In this document: positions 36,947 through 50,404 of the stretch, piece by piece
Layout: each line of letters opens with the position of its first letter
How positions within the stretch are numbered: position 1 is the stretch's first letter
DNA from: Eutreptiella sp. 'Long Island Sound 2002'
Taxonomy: Eukaryota > Protista > Euglenida
NCBI GenBank assembly: GCA_964036045.1
Contig: OZ038378.1
Coordinates: 167,400,001 to 167,464,000, forward strand
Reading direction: 5' to 3'
Length of the DNA: 64,000 nt
Notes under the pieces: model-generated
The model's input: the letters and a program-made list of their open reading frames with translations, nothing else
Told to the model about the DNA's origin: nothing
The model's database searches: none
Program-made: the position numbers and the translations under genes

Positions 36947-37054
36947 GTACAGGCCCAGCGTCAGGGGGCATCAGTGCAGGCCCAGCACCAAAGGGCATTA
37001 GTACAGGCCCAACATCAAAGGGCATGGGTGCAGACCCAACACAAGAGGGACAAC
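36947..37054 (+). repeat. Four 27-bp tandem repeats (GTRCAGGCCCARCRYCARRGGGCATYA-like)
   Basis: Reads VQAQRQGAS-VQAQHQRAL-VQAQHQRAW-VQTQHKRDN in one frame. Confidence 0.75.
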
Positions 37055-39804
37055 GGAGAGCAGACAGATCAAGAACAGAGCACGGTGCGAACGTAAACGG
37101 GCAAAAGCACACGTGGGACGCAACGGGGAGAAAAATGGGGGTGGGGGTGCACAAAAGGAGGAAAACAGTGCAATAGGAGCCAGAGAACCTAGCGGTTGAA
37201 ACCCAAAGGGGTTTGCTGCTCAGGGGAGGACGTCCAAGTTAGGACACGAGTCAAACGCAGGAACACGGAGCGTCACGCGCAGAACACAAACAAGAGGTCA
37301 CAAAGTCAGAGCCAATGAACCTGGTGGTTAGATCTCCCCAGTGTCTGGGGGGTGCGCCACACAGGGGAGGACGTCCATACCCAGTGATCTATGAGGCTAC
37401 TCGAGGGGACCGCTTAATCTGACTTGGATACCGGGAGGATCACCATGGCCGTAGTCTGACCACGGGGGTGTGTGTGAAGACGCCCCATGGTACCCTCTGA
37501 CAGGCTCTGAGTTGGGGCGCCTCGAGTAAGGGTGAGTGGGGCATGGCTCACCAGACGGTCTCCCGGGGGCTATGTTCTTTTCACTCCCACGACACCCTCA
37601 GGGTATGTGTAAGGTAGAGCACAGAGGATTAGTCGACGGTCCGTCCCTTAGACCAGCCGTCGATGCCGCGAGCGGCCGATTACCGCGAGCAGGTCCTCCT
37701 CCTCCTCCTCCCAGTTTTGAAAGATAGCGGTGTGGGGGCCATGGCGCCAACAGCGCCAAATTTTTTGTCCCATGCTTAATTGAAGGGGTAACTATGCCTT
37801 TGGTCCTTAAGACCCTTAAGACTTTATTCTTGGCAAAGACGAGAAATCGCTATTATCGCATACATACCTCTATACCCCCATGCCCCCAGACACACACACC
37901 CCTTTGAGGTATGCATGTGGTAGTAGTGGGTCGCGCGCAGCCCCCCCCCCCCCTTGGGACCCCCCCCCGGCCGAGCAGCCAATACCCCCCCCCCCACCCT
38001 CCCGCCGACCCCCCCCTCGCCCCAACTCCCCCCCCCCCCCGCAAGTTTTGACAGATAGCTGGGGGGTGGGTCGCATCACGACCGATTGTAGTTGCCCCCC
38101 CGTGATCCACCCAAAAAGAAGGGTCCCCCACCGTTGGTATGGGGTGTCCACTTGGATGCACGAGGCCAATGGCGATCCTCTCTGCAGAGAGCAGTGACAG
38201 TCCGGGGGCACAACCTACCAAGGGGAAGGAAGGGTGTGTAGGGAGGCAAGGATGAGCTAGGCAGGGAGGGAGAGGCCACAAGGACGATGGGCACCGCCAC
38301 CTATGGAGGGAACGGGTTCAAGGGAAGGGCAGCGGTAAGTGGCGGAAGGCCAACAGGCGCCGCCAGCTGCAGACAGCAACACAACCAGGTGTCATGCCAC
38401 CCCCCCCCCCCCCTTGGTGGTCGACGCTCACCCTCCCCATGCAAGCAATCGCAGACACCCTTTCTCCTACCACCAGGAAATGTCATTTCCCCAAGGAAAT
38501 CCTGTAGGCAACGCCGCCCTGGCCCTCGGAGCGGCCTCACGGGTGTGTGTCCAGGGACCACACACAATCCAAAACCGGAAGGCAAAAAACAAGCAACAAT
38601 TATGGGCAACGCCCTGCCTCGGGCCCCTCAGCAGCGCAAACTGCCATGACAGGGCCTCAAAGTACGCGTCCATACCACCACCAAGCATTGCTCATGGGTG
38701 GTGGCAGCATTTTCAGGCATTTTGCGTTTTGAGGAGAAACTGGGGTGGCTTGGCACTAAGCAACTGAAAATCACATCGCCAGCGATGGTGTTAGATCACC
38801 CTGGCCGTAAGAAAGCACCTGGGGCATTTGGGGGTATATTAGTTTGGGTGTGCCACCTATTTTTTTGGGCGGGGGGGTGAGACCTCTTTTTCTTGATCAG
38901 CACCTTCCAAATAGGGGATCCCCAAGTTCTTGGGCCGAACACTCGGTTGTCGGCCAATTTCCCAAATATGGCTGGGAGGGGGGAACCGGAGTGGGGGGGC
39001 GTTCCTTGGGGTCTCAAAACTGACCCTACCTCTTTTTGACCCGGAAAATATGAATTTTTCGTTTTGGAATTTTTCGATTTGAGCCGAAAATTTTTTTGTT
39101 GGGCGTGGTGAGGTGGCTCCTGGGGAAAGTGTTTCTGCAGTTTATGCACTTTTCAGCTATTTTTTTAAAATGGCGTTTTCGGCGGCTTTCGTGACCCTTT
39201 TTGGCGGCGTTCATGACCTTGTGGCAACCCCCTTGTGGGGTAAGATTGGGGATGTTGGGACAGTTTCCCACTGGCAAAGGGATATGGTTTGAAGCTTGTC
39301 GCCCTCTCAGGGGAGGGCAAGGCCCATTTGAAAGCCGCAAAACCCTCGTTGACACTGCAAATAGGGTGAAAACTGCTTCTGTGCACAAACTGCTGTTGCC
39401 AACCTCTCTAACTCAAAACTGGAAACTTCCGAGACCGATGGTTTTGGATATTGTGACCACTCACAATGAACAAACACCCTATGTAAAGCATGTGTACGCA
39501 GCGGTGGGACTGGGTGTTTCGCCCCCCATGTGCCCCGCAGCTCGATTTCAGTATCCATTTTAGCTCTGCCGACGAATTGTGCACTGGTGCACAAAGCATT
39601 GTGCCATTAGATATCATGATGCTTTTAAGCCATTCTCCTACTTGACTGTAAATGATTTCGTCCGTCTCACCGACCATCGAGCCGTCTTTGACAAAGGCTG
39701 AAGCTCTTCGCCCAAAACACAGTTTTGCGTTGACCCTGCGGTGCTGCTCGTCATCCTGAGTTCGTTGCCCTTTTCGCGGCACGTCACTCACGCCCTCTCA
39801 ACAG

Positions 39805-39870
39805 ATTGCGGCTGACGATCAAACCACAGATGCCGATGTGCAAAACTGGAGCGTCCAGCAGCTGAAGCAG
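39805..39870 (+). CDS. Candidate 66-nt exon (IAADDQTTDADVQNWSVQQLKQ), possibly exon 4 of the ART-ankyrin gene
   Basis: Acceptor CCCTCTCAACAG| and donor AAGCAG|GTATTT. It is phase 0-0, stop-free and compatible with the phase-0 donor at 34372. Confidence 0.4.
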
Positions 39871-42800
39871 GTATTTGTCCATCGTGTTCCGTGTGTAGGG
39901 GGTTGCGTAACCCCCATTCCCCATTCAACCCCAGCAGTCATAAACGTACATGGGTTGCAGATGGACGCTGCCCAGGGACGGGGTTAAGGGTAGAGAAGCC
40001 GGTCATCGGGAAAGGGAGGACGAGGGGGAGGAGCAGTCCGCCCACCTGCCGCAGATTGGTTTGTGCCGGGTGAAGGGAGCAAAGAGGGGCCTTGCTGAGA
40101 CCAATGCGGATGCGAGCTTCTCGTCAGGGCGGTCTGCCGTAACTCAACCAGAGCCACTGAAGGTTGGAGGGTATTTCGGGTCATGGGTCCTGTGGCTGAG
40201 GCCCACGCACTTGCGACCATCGGTGTCGAATCCCCGGTTCCGGTTCGGGTGTGTCGAGGCGCTAGCTTTGGTCGCGCCGTCTCCTGCGCCTTCAACTCCA
40301 GTTCGGACCGTGGGTAGCGATTACCAGGGTTTCGGTCCACGCAGCATGCGGTAGCGCATCGGGTGGCGAAGGGCTGGAGATTTCGTGCATCCAAATAAGC
40401 GCAGCGAGGGGGTGTGCTGCGTTGTATCGTGCCTTCCTGCGTTTTGCATCATTTGGGGTGACAATGGGGCCCTTCAAAGCGCATACGCATTGCTACTGTC
40501 TTGATGGCAACCTGCAAATATGATGCCTGAAGGGGCAGGGGTTGTTTTCGTTTTTTGCATAATACAAAAATTGGACAGCAGGTGGCTAACCGCCAACCGC
40601 TGGCGTTTGGTTGCAAACTGCCAACGATTGACAACTGCTTACGTTACCCGCTGGCCTCCGACCGTCAACCAGCCGACGATTGTTGGAAGCTGAAAATGGC
40701 AGTTTTTGTGTGCCCGCTGCTGCTGTTTTTTGCGTTGAAATGTTTCTTTCGGGCCTTTTGGGCCTTGAATGGAGTAGTACCATTTGGGGACTGCAAGGTA
40801 ATGGACCACGATGTGGGGGTTTTTTGGCATGATGTAAAGTCCTCGCAGTGGGAGACTGTTGAGGGCCCGTGACAAACCAAAAGGATGCATTGTTACACAC
40901 AACGGGGACGGCAGTGATCGCTGTTGGAATTAGGGGCCAGATTGAGCATGTGGGGGGGAGGGTTTCTGACAGAAGAGCTTCGGGGGGGAGCGGCCACTTC
41001 CAGGAGGTCCGGGTGCAAAAAGTGACGCGCAAAAAAGTGTTCGCCAGGGCCTCCGGCTTGTCAGGAAGGCCTGTCAATGGCTGTGTTACAAGTACCCCAG
41101 CTCAAGGTGTTGCTGCTTGCTGATTCAGGGTATCTGCAGATTGTCCGTGTGGGCGTAGCGGCATGCAGTCTGCATCAGTGCATCAATCAGTCCTAGTGCC
41201 ATCAGAATAGTGCAATAGTGCAGAGTAGAATGGTTGAATTTTGACGACCCCTCCCCTTTTTCTGATTGAAGGGCGAAGTCCTCATGAACCGTGGCACCAG
41301 TTTCATCTTTACCACAGGCATTGGACTCCACAGGCGTTTCGTATCGAGGCCTCTTTGAGAAGGAAGACCTTGTAAGGCTGGTGTCGCAGGTTTTCAAAGG
41401 GAAAGCTTGAACACCAGTAAACTGACGTCAAGTCGTGGTAAACCTGTCACACATGTGGCGCTGGAATGGCTGGCCCATGGAAGGAATGCCCCCGCACGCA
41501 GTGGCACCGTGGTGTGGTGGACGATGCCATGGATAGTGGACAAAGGTCGCTGGTTCGAACCCCAGAAACCAATGGAGAAGACTGGGACCACCCTGGGTTC
41601 AGTGGAGCACTGCCACAGCAACTGATTTCACAACCAAGTCAGGCTCTACTGGAATGACCTTATTCAGAGTAGACTTGATTGGCAAGATGCAGGGCACTGC
41701 AAAAGCAACCGACATCTCGTCTATGCGAGATCTAGGATAATGCTGTGGTGTGTGACAAGATGTGCCATTGTTCTTCTTGACTTAGTGCACCAGCCTTGGT
41801 TGCCTGGGAAGCACCAAAGTTCAGAGTATCCTGCAGCACCCATCCTTAAGCCGTACCTCAACCCCAGGCAACCTCAACGTCTAGACCCACTGTAGGCGCA
41901 GACAACCACATGGCTACCACCATCTGTTGAACCTGCACCTGGCCGCAAGATATCCGGGAGGGTTTATCTTCATAATACTCATAGTAAGGATCTGTTGCGA
42001 TGAACTCACTCTGTACCCAACATATACAAGTACAAGGGGTGCGCACCAGCCCCACAGGGTGTGGAATATTTAAAGGGGGGGTAAATTCTACTTCTTTCGG
42101 CAAAGCACCCCAAAGAGAGAAGAGTCGCGTTGTGGGGATGTCGTACACTATAGGCCGACAAATTCCGCCGATTGCGGTATAAACAAACCACTAGGAGGGC
42201 CTAGTTGGTGCTGCATGAGTTTAAACGCACTCCCATTGTCACCCAATGATCACCCAACAACGGCCCAAAGGTCCCCTGGGGCTCGCCCAGGAATTGCGAT
42301 TTTTCAGCCTACCCATACCAGCCTGAACACGACAAAGTCCTCACCAGTGGGGCCCCATAGGGGGGCTGATCTTGAAAAGTTGGAGATAGCACCTGGGACC
42401 CCTGTCATCGGTTAGGGGGTCCATATAGAAGCAAAAAGTGGAATGGGACCTGGGTGTCGAACAGTGGTGGCTTAGGCCAACCAAGTTTTGACCTCCACCC
42501 CGGTTGGTGACCACCACCTGCAGGGCACCGTCCTTGCCGATAATCCAGCCTCATCCTCTATGATGGTTAAGCAGATGTCACCATGGCGGTGATTTCATTG
42601 CAAGAATACCAGGGGATCCGAAAGTTTTTTGACCAAGATCCCCCCCCCCCAAAAAAAATGAATGAATGGCCCCCAGGAGGGGGGGGGGGGGTACATGGTG
42701 GCCGTGCCTGCGCTTGATCTACCAACCTCTCTTCCAGGTGATTTCGCACCAGGTTGGTTTCATATAACATCTCAAAATTGCTGTGGTAGCTCTCGCAAGC

Positions 42801-45485
42801 AGCAAAATACATATTGTCTGAAAAAAAAACTGTAGAAATTTAGGACGAAACTGAAATGCGAAGTTTCCCATAGTGAAATAGACCCCTCCCCAGTGCAGTG
42901 GTGACAACTCTTGGCATCCCAATTCCATGCATCCAAGCAGAGGAAAAAAAGTGCACCAAAGGAGTTTACAGGGGGCACTTGTCCTTGGATCCAGAGGTCA
43001 GAAATCAAAGAGGGGGAAAGGGGAGTGGCATAATTGGTGTATCAAAAGCGGCCCAGAAGCCGTCTCCTTGCCTATATTTGCATGGGTACTCACAACAATT
43101 TTTTGGTTGTGTGTGTGGGGGGCGGGGGACTGGCAGGGGATGTATCCAGCATGCACCCTCCAGATTCATAGAGAGGGTGTGGGCTCAGTCTGTCCGTGCA
43201 ATAGAGTTTTCAGTTCCTCACCTTGGACGGTAGCGCCCTGCATCTTGCCAATCAATTCTACTCCGAATAAGGCCATTCCAGTCGGGCCTGGCCTTCACAA
43301 TTTCCTTTGGAAGCTAGCGAAGGCTTCTCCTCCTCCTCCTCACCCTCCAGGCTCTTGACATAAAGCTGTCATTGACAGCTTTGGACCACCCTTCCCTCGT
43401 CACAGACCCACCCTGTGCACATTATGTGTTCACCAGAAACACGAAGTGCACCAGCAATGTTGTTGCACTGCATGTGTACTGCACGGGCACTGCATGGGCA
43501 CTGCACTAGGAAGTACCCCGCTGCTCCCTTGGGCAGTCACCCAAGAACACGCAACGCGTGACGGTGTCCCCTATCTGGGGAGCACTGTCACCAGATGACC
43601 CTCTCCCCTCTGGGGGGGCTGGGGCTTTTTCTGAGGACCCAAACCCGAGCTTTCCACTCTTACTCCACTTCAAGAAACACCGAACCCTTCGGATCTCGTG
43701 CCAGAATGCATCCGCTGAAATTTAGTGAGAGTTTTGTCCAGGGCTCCTGTTCTGCCAGAGAAGCACGCTGGTCTGGGACTGCCACTGCTGTTGCCGTTTC
43801 CGTTTCCCCGAGCAGTTGGGGGGGGGGGTGGCTTTTCTGTAACCGACAGCACAACTGATTGCGATGGGGTCAAGAGCGGCAGTTGGAATAAACGATGCTG
43901 GTTGGTGCATGAGGACCGCAACCAGGGCGAATGCGGCGCTGGTTGGCGTGTCATCGACGATGGTTGGCGCACAACAACTGCCTAGTGCAGATATTATTTA
44001 GCTGCGAATGTCCTTTTTTTTTTTTTGGTGGGCTCTACTGTCGTTTGTTGGGGAGACATTACTGAGGGAGAGGAATTATTTGTCGGGGGAGATCACATTT
44101 TTTTTGGGGGGGGGGGGCGATGTCATTTGGCCCGCGGTGGTCTCACTGTGATTCAGGATCACTTGAGATGTGCACTTCAAGTCGCCAGAGGCGGTGTTCT
44201 TGTGGCATTGTGCAATTCAAGTGTGGTGGCATGGCCCCAGAACCGCTGGGCCCCAAAACCCTGCCATAACCCACGTAATGTCACATTTTGCTGAAATATG
44301 GCACTTACCTTAGCAGCAATTGTACACAGCAACGCTTTTCACTATAATGCAGTCAAGATGGAGGTGAGCCACCAGCCCCCCTTTGGTTACCTGGGCTGCA
44401 GCTCCAACCCACATACTACACGACCTGATTTGACCCACATTCCAACACCTGAAGGTGATTTCATGATCTGGCAAATTGGTCTCAACACTTTAAAGTAACG
44501 TTGGCCATGTGCTTAGCACGTGTCGTTGTCATTCTGCCCGGCGCCTGTGCGCAAGGCGCACGTGGGGCAAACATCGCCTGAAATGGTGGTGTCAGTGTTT
44601 TGCTTTCTACATGCCTGTATTTTGTACTGCATGTCCTGCAGCCAATACTGCGCAATCACCTTGACCAGCACCGATTCGCACATACATTACATAGCACATA
44701 CATGCATAGTCTCAAGTACCAACTCGTGGGAGTTACACGGGGGTCCGGCCGTGACATGTGTCGATCCCTGGGCCACAGCACCCACAGGTGGCACGCTTCG
44801 CATTCCGATCCGCAGCAACCATAATTGGCGGCACGCCTCGCACCCAGTGGTGGCTGTACTGATTCCCCAGAGACATTACATCTAATGTTCATTCATGAGC
44901 AGACCGGGGCAGGGCGGTTTGTTGAAGGAGGTGCATTGTTTTGCGTCATTGCAGAAACGATGTTGCATTACTGCAAAGTGAAGGCTGCGCTTGCCTGGTT
45001 CTGTACGTTGAAATCAAACGAGGACAGCCTGACTCTCAGACCAGGCATGCTTAGTGCTTGGCCTGCCGGACAGGGGGTGGGTGGATTGCAGGTCAGTCTC
45101 TTCAAGGGCCGCAGCGTGGGCTTATTATTGATGCCTGTCTTCTGGAAAGCGTGTACTGCAGGACTTGGCCCGCCATTGACAGCAGTGCTTTGTCATGTTT
45201 GCGCTTTGCCTTGCCATTCTGCAAGGAGGGGAAAAGAGGAAGGTGGAGATTGTTTGGCTGTCAAATCAATGGTGCCATGGCGGCATTTCAATTATCTTGG
45301 AACCCAGTGAGAAGGTAGCTCCCATTCCACCTCCTCTTCGGGCACAGACGGGGGACACAAGCAGGCTTTCTGCGGTCAAAATGTCAAAAAAGCGATTGGG
45401 GGGATCCAAACAGCATCCACCCACAGAAAGGGGCAGTCTCCAAACAACCCTCCATCCAAAGGGAAGTCGGGTTTTTAAATGGGCT

Positions 45486-48400
45486 GGGGGGGGGTCAATA
45501 GAGCCCCCAAAATCTGGGGGGGGGGTTGGGAAAAGGGCTCCATGGATAGGCACCATTCTTGCATGGAGAAGAGGCACCGCTTCGTCTCTTGTTCATGTCT
45601 CCCCACTATGGGGAACCCCGAGAAGGCAAGGGTGATGTAGCCACTTCTGATTTTGTCCCCTTTTTTGGTGACCCCCAAGAACACAGGGGTTACGAAGCAA
45701 TTCCGCCCACTTTTGGGCCCCCGAGAAGGCGGGGGTGATGTAGCCATTTTTTGATTTTGTCCCCTTTTTTTGGGGAAACCTGAGAACGCAGGGCCCGCGT
45801 AGCAATTGCGCCCACTTGTGGGCTCCCAAGAAGGCGGGGGTGATGTAGCCAGTTTTTGATTTTGTCCCCTTTTTTGGGGACCCCGAGAGCCAAGGGGTGA
45901 AGTAGCACTTCTGCCCAATCTTGGGCCCCCGAGAAGGCAAGGATGGTTTGGCCACGTATGATTCTATACTCTTGTTTGGGGTTGCATAGCACGTCTGTCC
46001 ACTTGTGGGCCCCCGAGAAGGTGGGGGTGATGTAGCCAGTTGTGTTTTGTCCCCCTTTTTTTTGGGACCCCCGGGAACGCAATGGGTTACGTAGCAATTC
46101 CGTCCACAAAAGGCGGGGGTGATGTAGTGAGTTGTGTTTGTCCCCTTTTTTTGGGACCCCCGAGAATGCAAGGGGTGAAATAGCAATTCCGTCCATTTGT
46201 GGGCCCCCGAGAAGGCAAGTGAGATGTAGCCAATTTTGATTTGGTCCACTTGTTTGGGGACCCCCAAGAGCGTAGGGTGACGTAGCAATTGCGCCCTCTT
46301 GTGGGCCCCCGAGAAGGCACAGGTGATGTAGCTCATTTTGATTTTGTCCACTTGTTTGGGGACCCCCGAGAATGCAAGGGTGATGTTGCAATTCCGCCCT
46401 ATTTTGGGCGCCCGAGGGACCCCCGAGAACACAGCGGTTATGTAGCAATTCCGCCCATCTTTGGGCTCCCGAGAAGGCGGGGGTGATGTAGCCAATTTTG
46501 ATTTTGTCCCATTGTTTGGGGACCCCCAAGGACTCATGGGTTATGTAGCAATTCCGCCCACTTATGGGCGCCCGGGAAGGCGGGGGTGATGTAGCCAGTT
46601 TTGATTTTGTCCCCTTGTTTGGGGACCCCCAAGAACACAGGTTACTTAGCAATGCCGCCCACTTGTGGGCCCCCGAGAAGGTAGGGGTGATGTAGCCAGT
46701 TGTGTTTTGTCCCCTTTTTTGGGACCCCAGAAAATGCAAGGGGTGACGTAGCCATTCCGTCCACTTGTGGGCTCCCGAGAAGGCAAGTGAGATGTAGCCA
46801 ATTTTGATTTTGTCCCCTCTTTTGGGGAGCCCCGAGAGTGGAGGGGTGGCGTAGCAATTCCGCCCTCTGTTAGGCCGCCGTGAAGGCAGAGGTGATGTAG
46901 CTAATTTTTTATTTTGTTCACCTGTTTGGGGACCTCCGAGAACATGCAAGGGTTACTTCGCAATTCCGTCCACTTGTGGGCCCCCGAGAAGGCAGGGGTG
47001 ATGCAGCCAGTTTTGATTTATTCCCTTTTTTGGGGACCCCCGAGAACACATGGGTTACTTAGCAATTCCGCCCACTTGTGGGCTCCCGAGAAGGCGGGGG
47101 TGATGTAGCCAGTTTTGATTTTGTCCCCTTGTTTGGGGACCCCCGAGAATGCAAGGGGTTACGTAGTAGTTCGCTCTCTTCTGGGCCCTCGTGAAGGCAA
47201 CGGTGATGTAGCCAGTTTTGATTTTGTCCCCTTGCTTCGGGACCCCCAAGAACGCCGGGTTGACGTAGCACGTCCGCCCAATCTTGGGCCCCCGAGTAGG
47301 TAGGGGTGATGTAGCCAGGTTTGATTTGTCCTTTTGTTTGGGGACCCCCGAGAACATAGGGGTCACATAGCAATTCTGCCCAATCTTGGGCCCCCGAGAA
47401 GGCAAGGGTGATGTAACAAGTTCTGATTTTGTCCCCTTGTTTGGGGACCCGTGAGCACACGCAGGTTATGTAGCAATTCCGCCCACTTTTGGGCCCTCGA
47501 GAAGGCAAGGATGATGTAGCCAGTTTTGATTTTGTCTCCTTGTTTCGGGAACCCCATGAACGCCAAGCTGACGTAGCACGTCCGCCCAATATTGGCCCCC
47601 CGAGAAAGCAAGGGTGATTTAGCCAATGTTGATTTTCTCCCCTCTTTTGGGGACCCCCGAGCACACAGGGGTTACATTGCATTTTCGCCCTCTTGTGGGC
47701 CCCCGAGAAGGCAAGGGTGATGTAACCTGTTTTGATTTTGTCCGCTTGTTTGGGGACCCTCGAGCACAAAGGGGTTACATTCCACTTCTGCCCACTTGTG
47801 GCCCCCCGAGAAGGCTGGGTGATGTAGCCATTTTTGATTTTGTCCACTTGGTTGGGGACCCCCGAGAACATGCGGGGGTTACTTAGCAATTCCGTCCACT
47901 TTCGGGCCCCCGAGAAGGTAGCGGTGTTATAGCACCTCTTGTGCCCTCTTGTGGGCCCCCGAGAAGGTGCGCGTGATCAAGCTAGTTTTGATTTTGTCCC
48001 CTCTTCTGGGGCCCCTAAGAACACAAGGGTTAAGTAGCAATTCTGCCCTCTTGTGGGCCCCCGAGAAGGGCATGTGGGGCTTGCAAGTGGAGGGGGGGGG
48101 TCAATAGAGCCCCCCAAATCTGGGGGGGGGGTTGGAAAAGGGCTCAGTTGACAGGCACCGTTCTTGCATAGAGAAGAGGCACCACTTGGTCTCTTGTTCA
48201 CGTCTCCCCGCTATGGGGAACCCCAAGAAGGTTGGGGTGATATAGCCACTTTTGATTTTGGCCCTCTTCCGGGGCCCTTCTGATTTAGTCCCCTTTTGTT
48301 TGGGGACCGCCGAGAATGCACGGGTGAGGTAGCCCCTTCTGATTTTGCTCCTCGCGCTTGGTGTTGGGGACCCCCGAGAATGTGGGGGTGACGTAGCATT

Positions 48401-48905
48401 TCCGCCCTCTTTTGGGCCCCCGAGAAGGCATGGGTGAAGTACCACTTCTGATGTTGTCCCCCATTGTTTGGGGACCCCCGAGAATGCAGGGGTGACGTAG
48501 GAATCCCGCCCTGTTTTGGCCCCCGAGAAGGCAGGCGTGAGGTAGGCACTTCTGATTTTGTCCCCCTTTGTTTGGGGATCCCAGAGAATGCGGGGGTGAC
48601 CACGGAGGTGAGTGGTTTGGGCCTTGGAAGCCGTGGATACGTCCTGAAGGGGTGCCTTGGGTTGCCCGTGGGCCCATGCCCGTGGAAAAGCGTGGTGCAC
48701 CGTTTGCCATATGATAGTACCAAATCGCGCCGTGAGCTATGTGTAGGAACTCCAATAATGGACGCAAAGGCAAACTAATTTCCCCCTTTTTTTTGCTGCG
48801 CGGTGCTTTGATTTTGTCCCCTTTTCTAGGGACCCCTAAGAACACAGGGGTTGCGTAGCAATTCCGCCCACTTTTGCGCCCCCGAGAGGGTAGGGGTTAT
48901 GTAGC
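45486..48905. repeat. ~103-bp satellite array with dimeric substructure and a duplicated ~170-bp leader
   Basis: GGTGATGTA recurs with TGATGTA starting at 47101, 47204, 47307 and 47409 (102-103-bp period). Each unit has two GGGNCCCCCGAGAA-containing halves. The leader G-run-TCAATAGAGCCCCCAAA...TATGGGGAACCCC occurs at 45486 and again at 48092. Confidence 0.9.
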
Positions 48906-49284
48906 CACAGAGAGCCGCATTCTGAAAAAGGGCATGGTTCAGCCTAGTTGGGGCGCCACTGGCAAGGTGCCTGTAAAACACAAATACTACCCATATACCA
49001 GGGCTGTAAGCTCACCGACTTTGTGGGTGAGTTCGGTGAGTTCTCATTTTGCCCGTTTTTCAGTCGGTGAGTGGTGGTGACCTGGTTGTTAACAAGCCCA
49101 TAGTGGGAAGAGTGTCCCCAAGTCTGGTGACGACCCGAGTGCAACTCCTGTCGATTTGTGACGTGTGCCGCCGTTTTTCATTTATGCACACCGCTTTCCC
49201 CCATTTTTCGCTGTGTTTGACTTGTGAGAACTACGTTTTGCAGGTTGTGGCAAGTTGGAGAGGAATGAGAATGTTGTGAAACAC

Positions 49285-49380
49285 CATTTTCCCTCATTTT
49301 TCACCATTTTTCACCATTTTCCACCATTTTTCACCGTTTTTCACTGTTTTTCACTGTTTTCCCCGTTTCCCCCATTTTTC
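49285..49380 (+). repeat. Degenerate 10-bp tandem repeat (TCACCATTTT)n
   Basis: Direct reading: CACCATTTTT, CACCATTTTT, CCACCATTTT, TCACCGTTTT, TCACTGTTTT and further copies. Confidence 0.75.
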
Positions 49381-50361
49381 ACGGCCCCTGCGGTGAGTTG
49401 GTGAGTGCGGTTGCGGTGAGCTTACACGCCTGATATATGCTAAAATATCAATGGAGACCTTGAAAAGTATCCTATTTGCACCTTCCAAATTCAAAGCAGT
49501 GGGATAGACTCCAAGAAATCTCAGTTTTTTGGGCATGAAAAAATTTTCGCACATTTTTTTTGTACCCCCCCCTCCCCCCCTCCTGGGGTACCCCCCGAAA
49601 AAAAAAGCCACGGTGGTACCAGGAATTTTTTTCCTGCCGCCCCCCTGACGTGCATCTGGCGCAGATTGCAGCCTCGGTTGCAAGTTCATTGCAGACTTTG
49701 GTAGGTTGATTTTCTCGAGATTTTAGGGACGGATTTTGCTGTAAACTTCAGGGTGGTTGGTTTGGAATCCAAATAAACGATCCTAGCATTTTAAGCAAAA
49801 CTTATCACAGAAATTTGGAGTAAATTGGCCTGCAAATGAGAGGCACACTAGTGACCACACATATGGATGCCACCCACTTCGCCACACACACACACACCGT
49901 CGTATGAGGAGTTGCCAGCACACGTGCCCTAGGAACACGGCGAATGATCGTTCCCTGAATGACACACACATCACATCAACATTGAGCAATTGCCAGTCAG
50001 GTGTGAAAGATCGTCTGCACTACTGCGTGAAGGAATGACACATGTTATGCCAGCATCATGCATGGACTTCTGGTTTGCTCAGTTATTGAGTGCACCTATG
50101 CTGTACATAAATGGACCTTCAGCATCCGGGGGTTCTCCTGCGTACACTCAATGGCACCTTGAGCATCAGGAACAAAAAAAAAATTGGCCTACAAACGAGA
50201 GGCACCGCAAGCCATCAATCGCACATCCTCAGGTGCAATGGACTTAGCTGCACCAAACAACAGCCATGCCACCTGCATGTCACACAGGTGGGAAGCAATG
50301 TGACCAAGAGGGGGTTTGTTGCTTCAACCAACAGCTTCTACCCTGGATTTGTCTTGTTTTG

Positions 50362-50387
50362 ACTTTCTCAGTGTCTATTTTTTTTTC
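50362..50387 (+). other. Genomic spliced-leader relic upstream of NIF3
   Basis: ACTTTCTCAGTGTCTATTTTTTTTTC versus the Euglena SL as I recall it, ACTTTCTGAGTGTCTATTTTTTTTCG. There is one substitution in the first 16 nt, then a T9 run. It ends 18 nt before the ATG. Confidence 0.8.
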
Positions 50388-50404
50388 TTTCGTGTTTTGC
50401 CTTC

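Noticed and set aside
45475-48845. Long repetitive ORFs over the satellite (up to 419 aa)
   Set aside because: The 102-103-bp period shifts frame between units and there are no domain motifs.
45612-48905. CRISPR array
   Set aside because: There are no unique spacers, the whole unit is repeated and degenerate, the context is eukaryotic and no cas genes are present.
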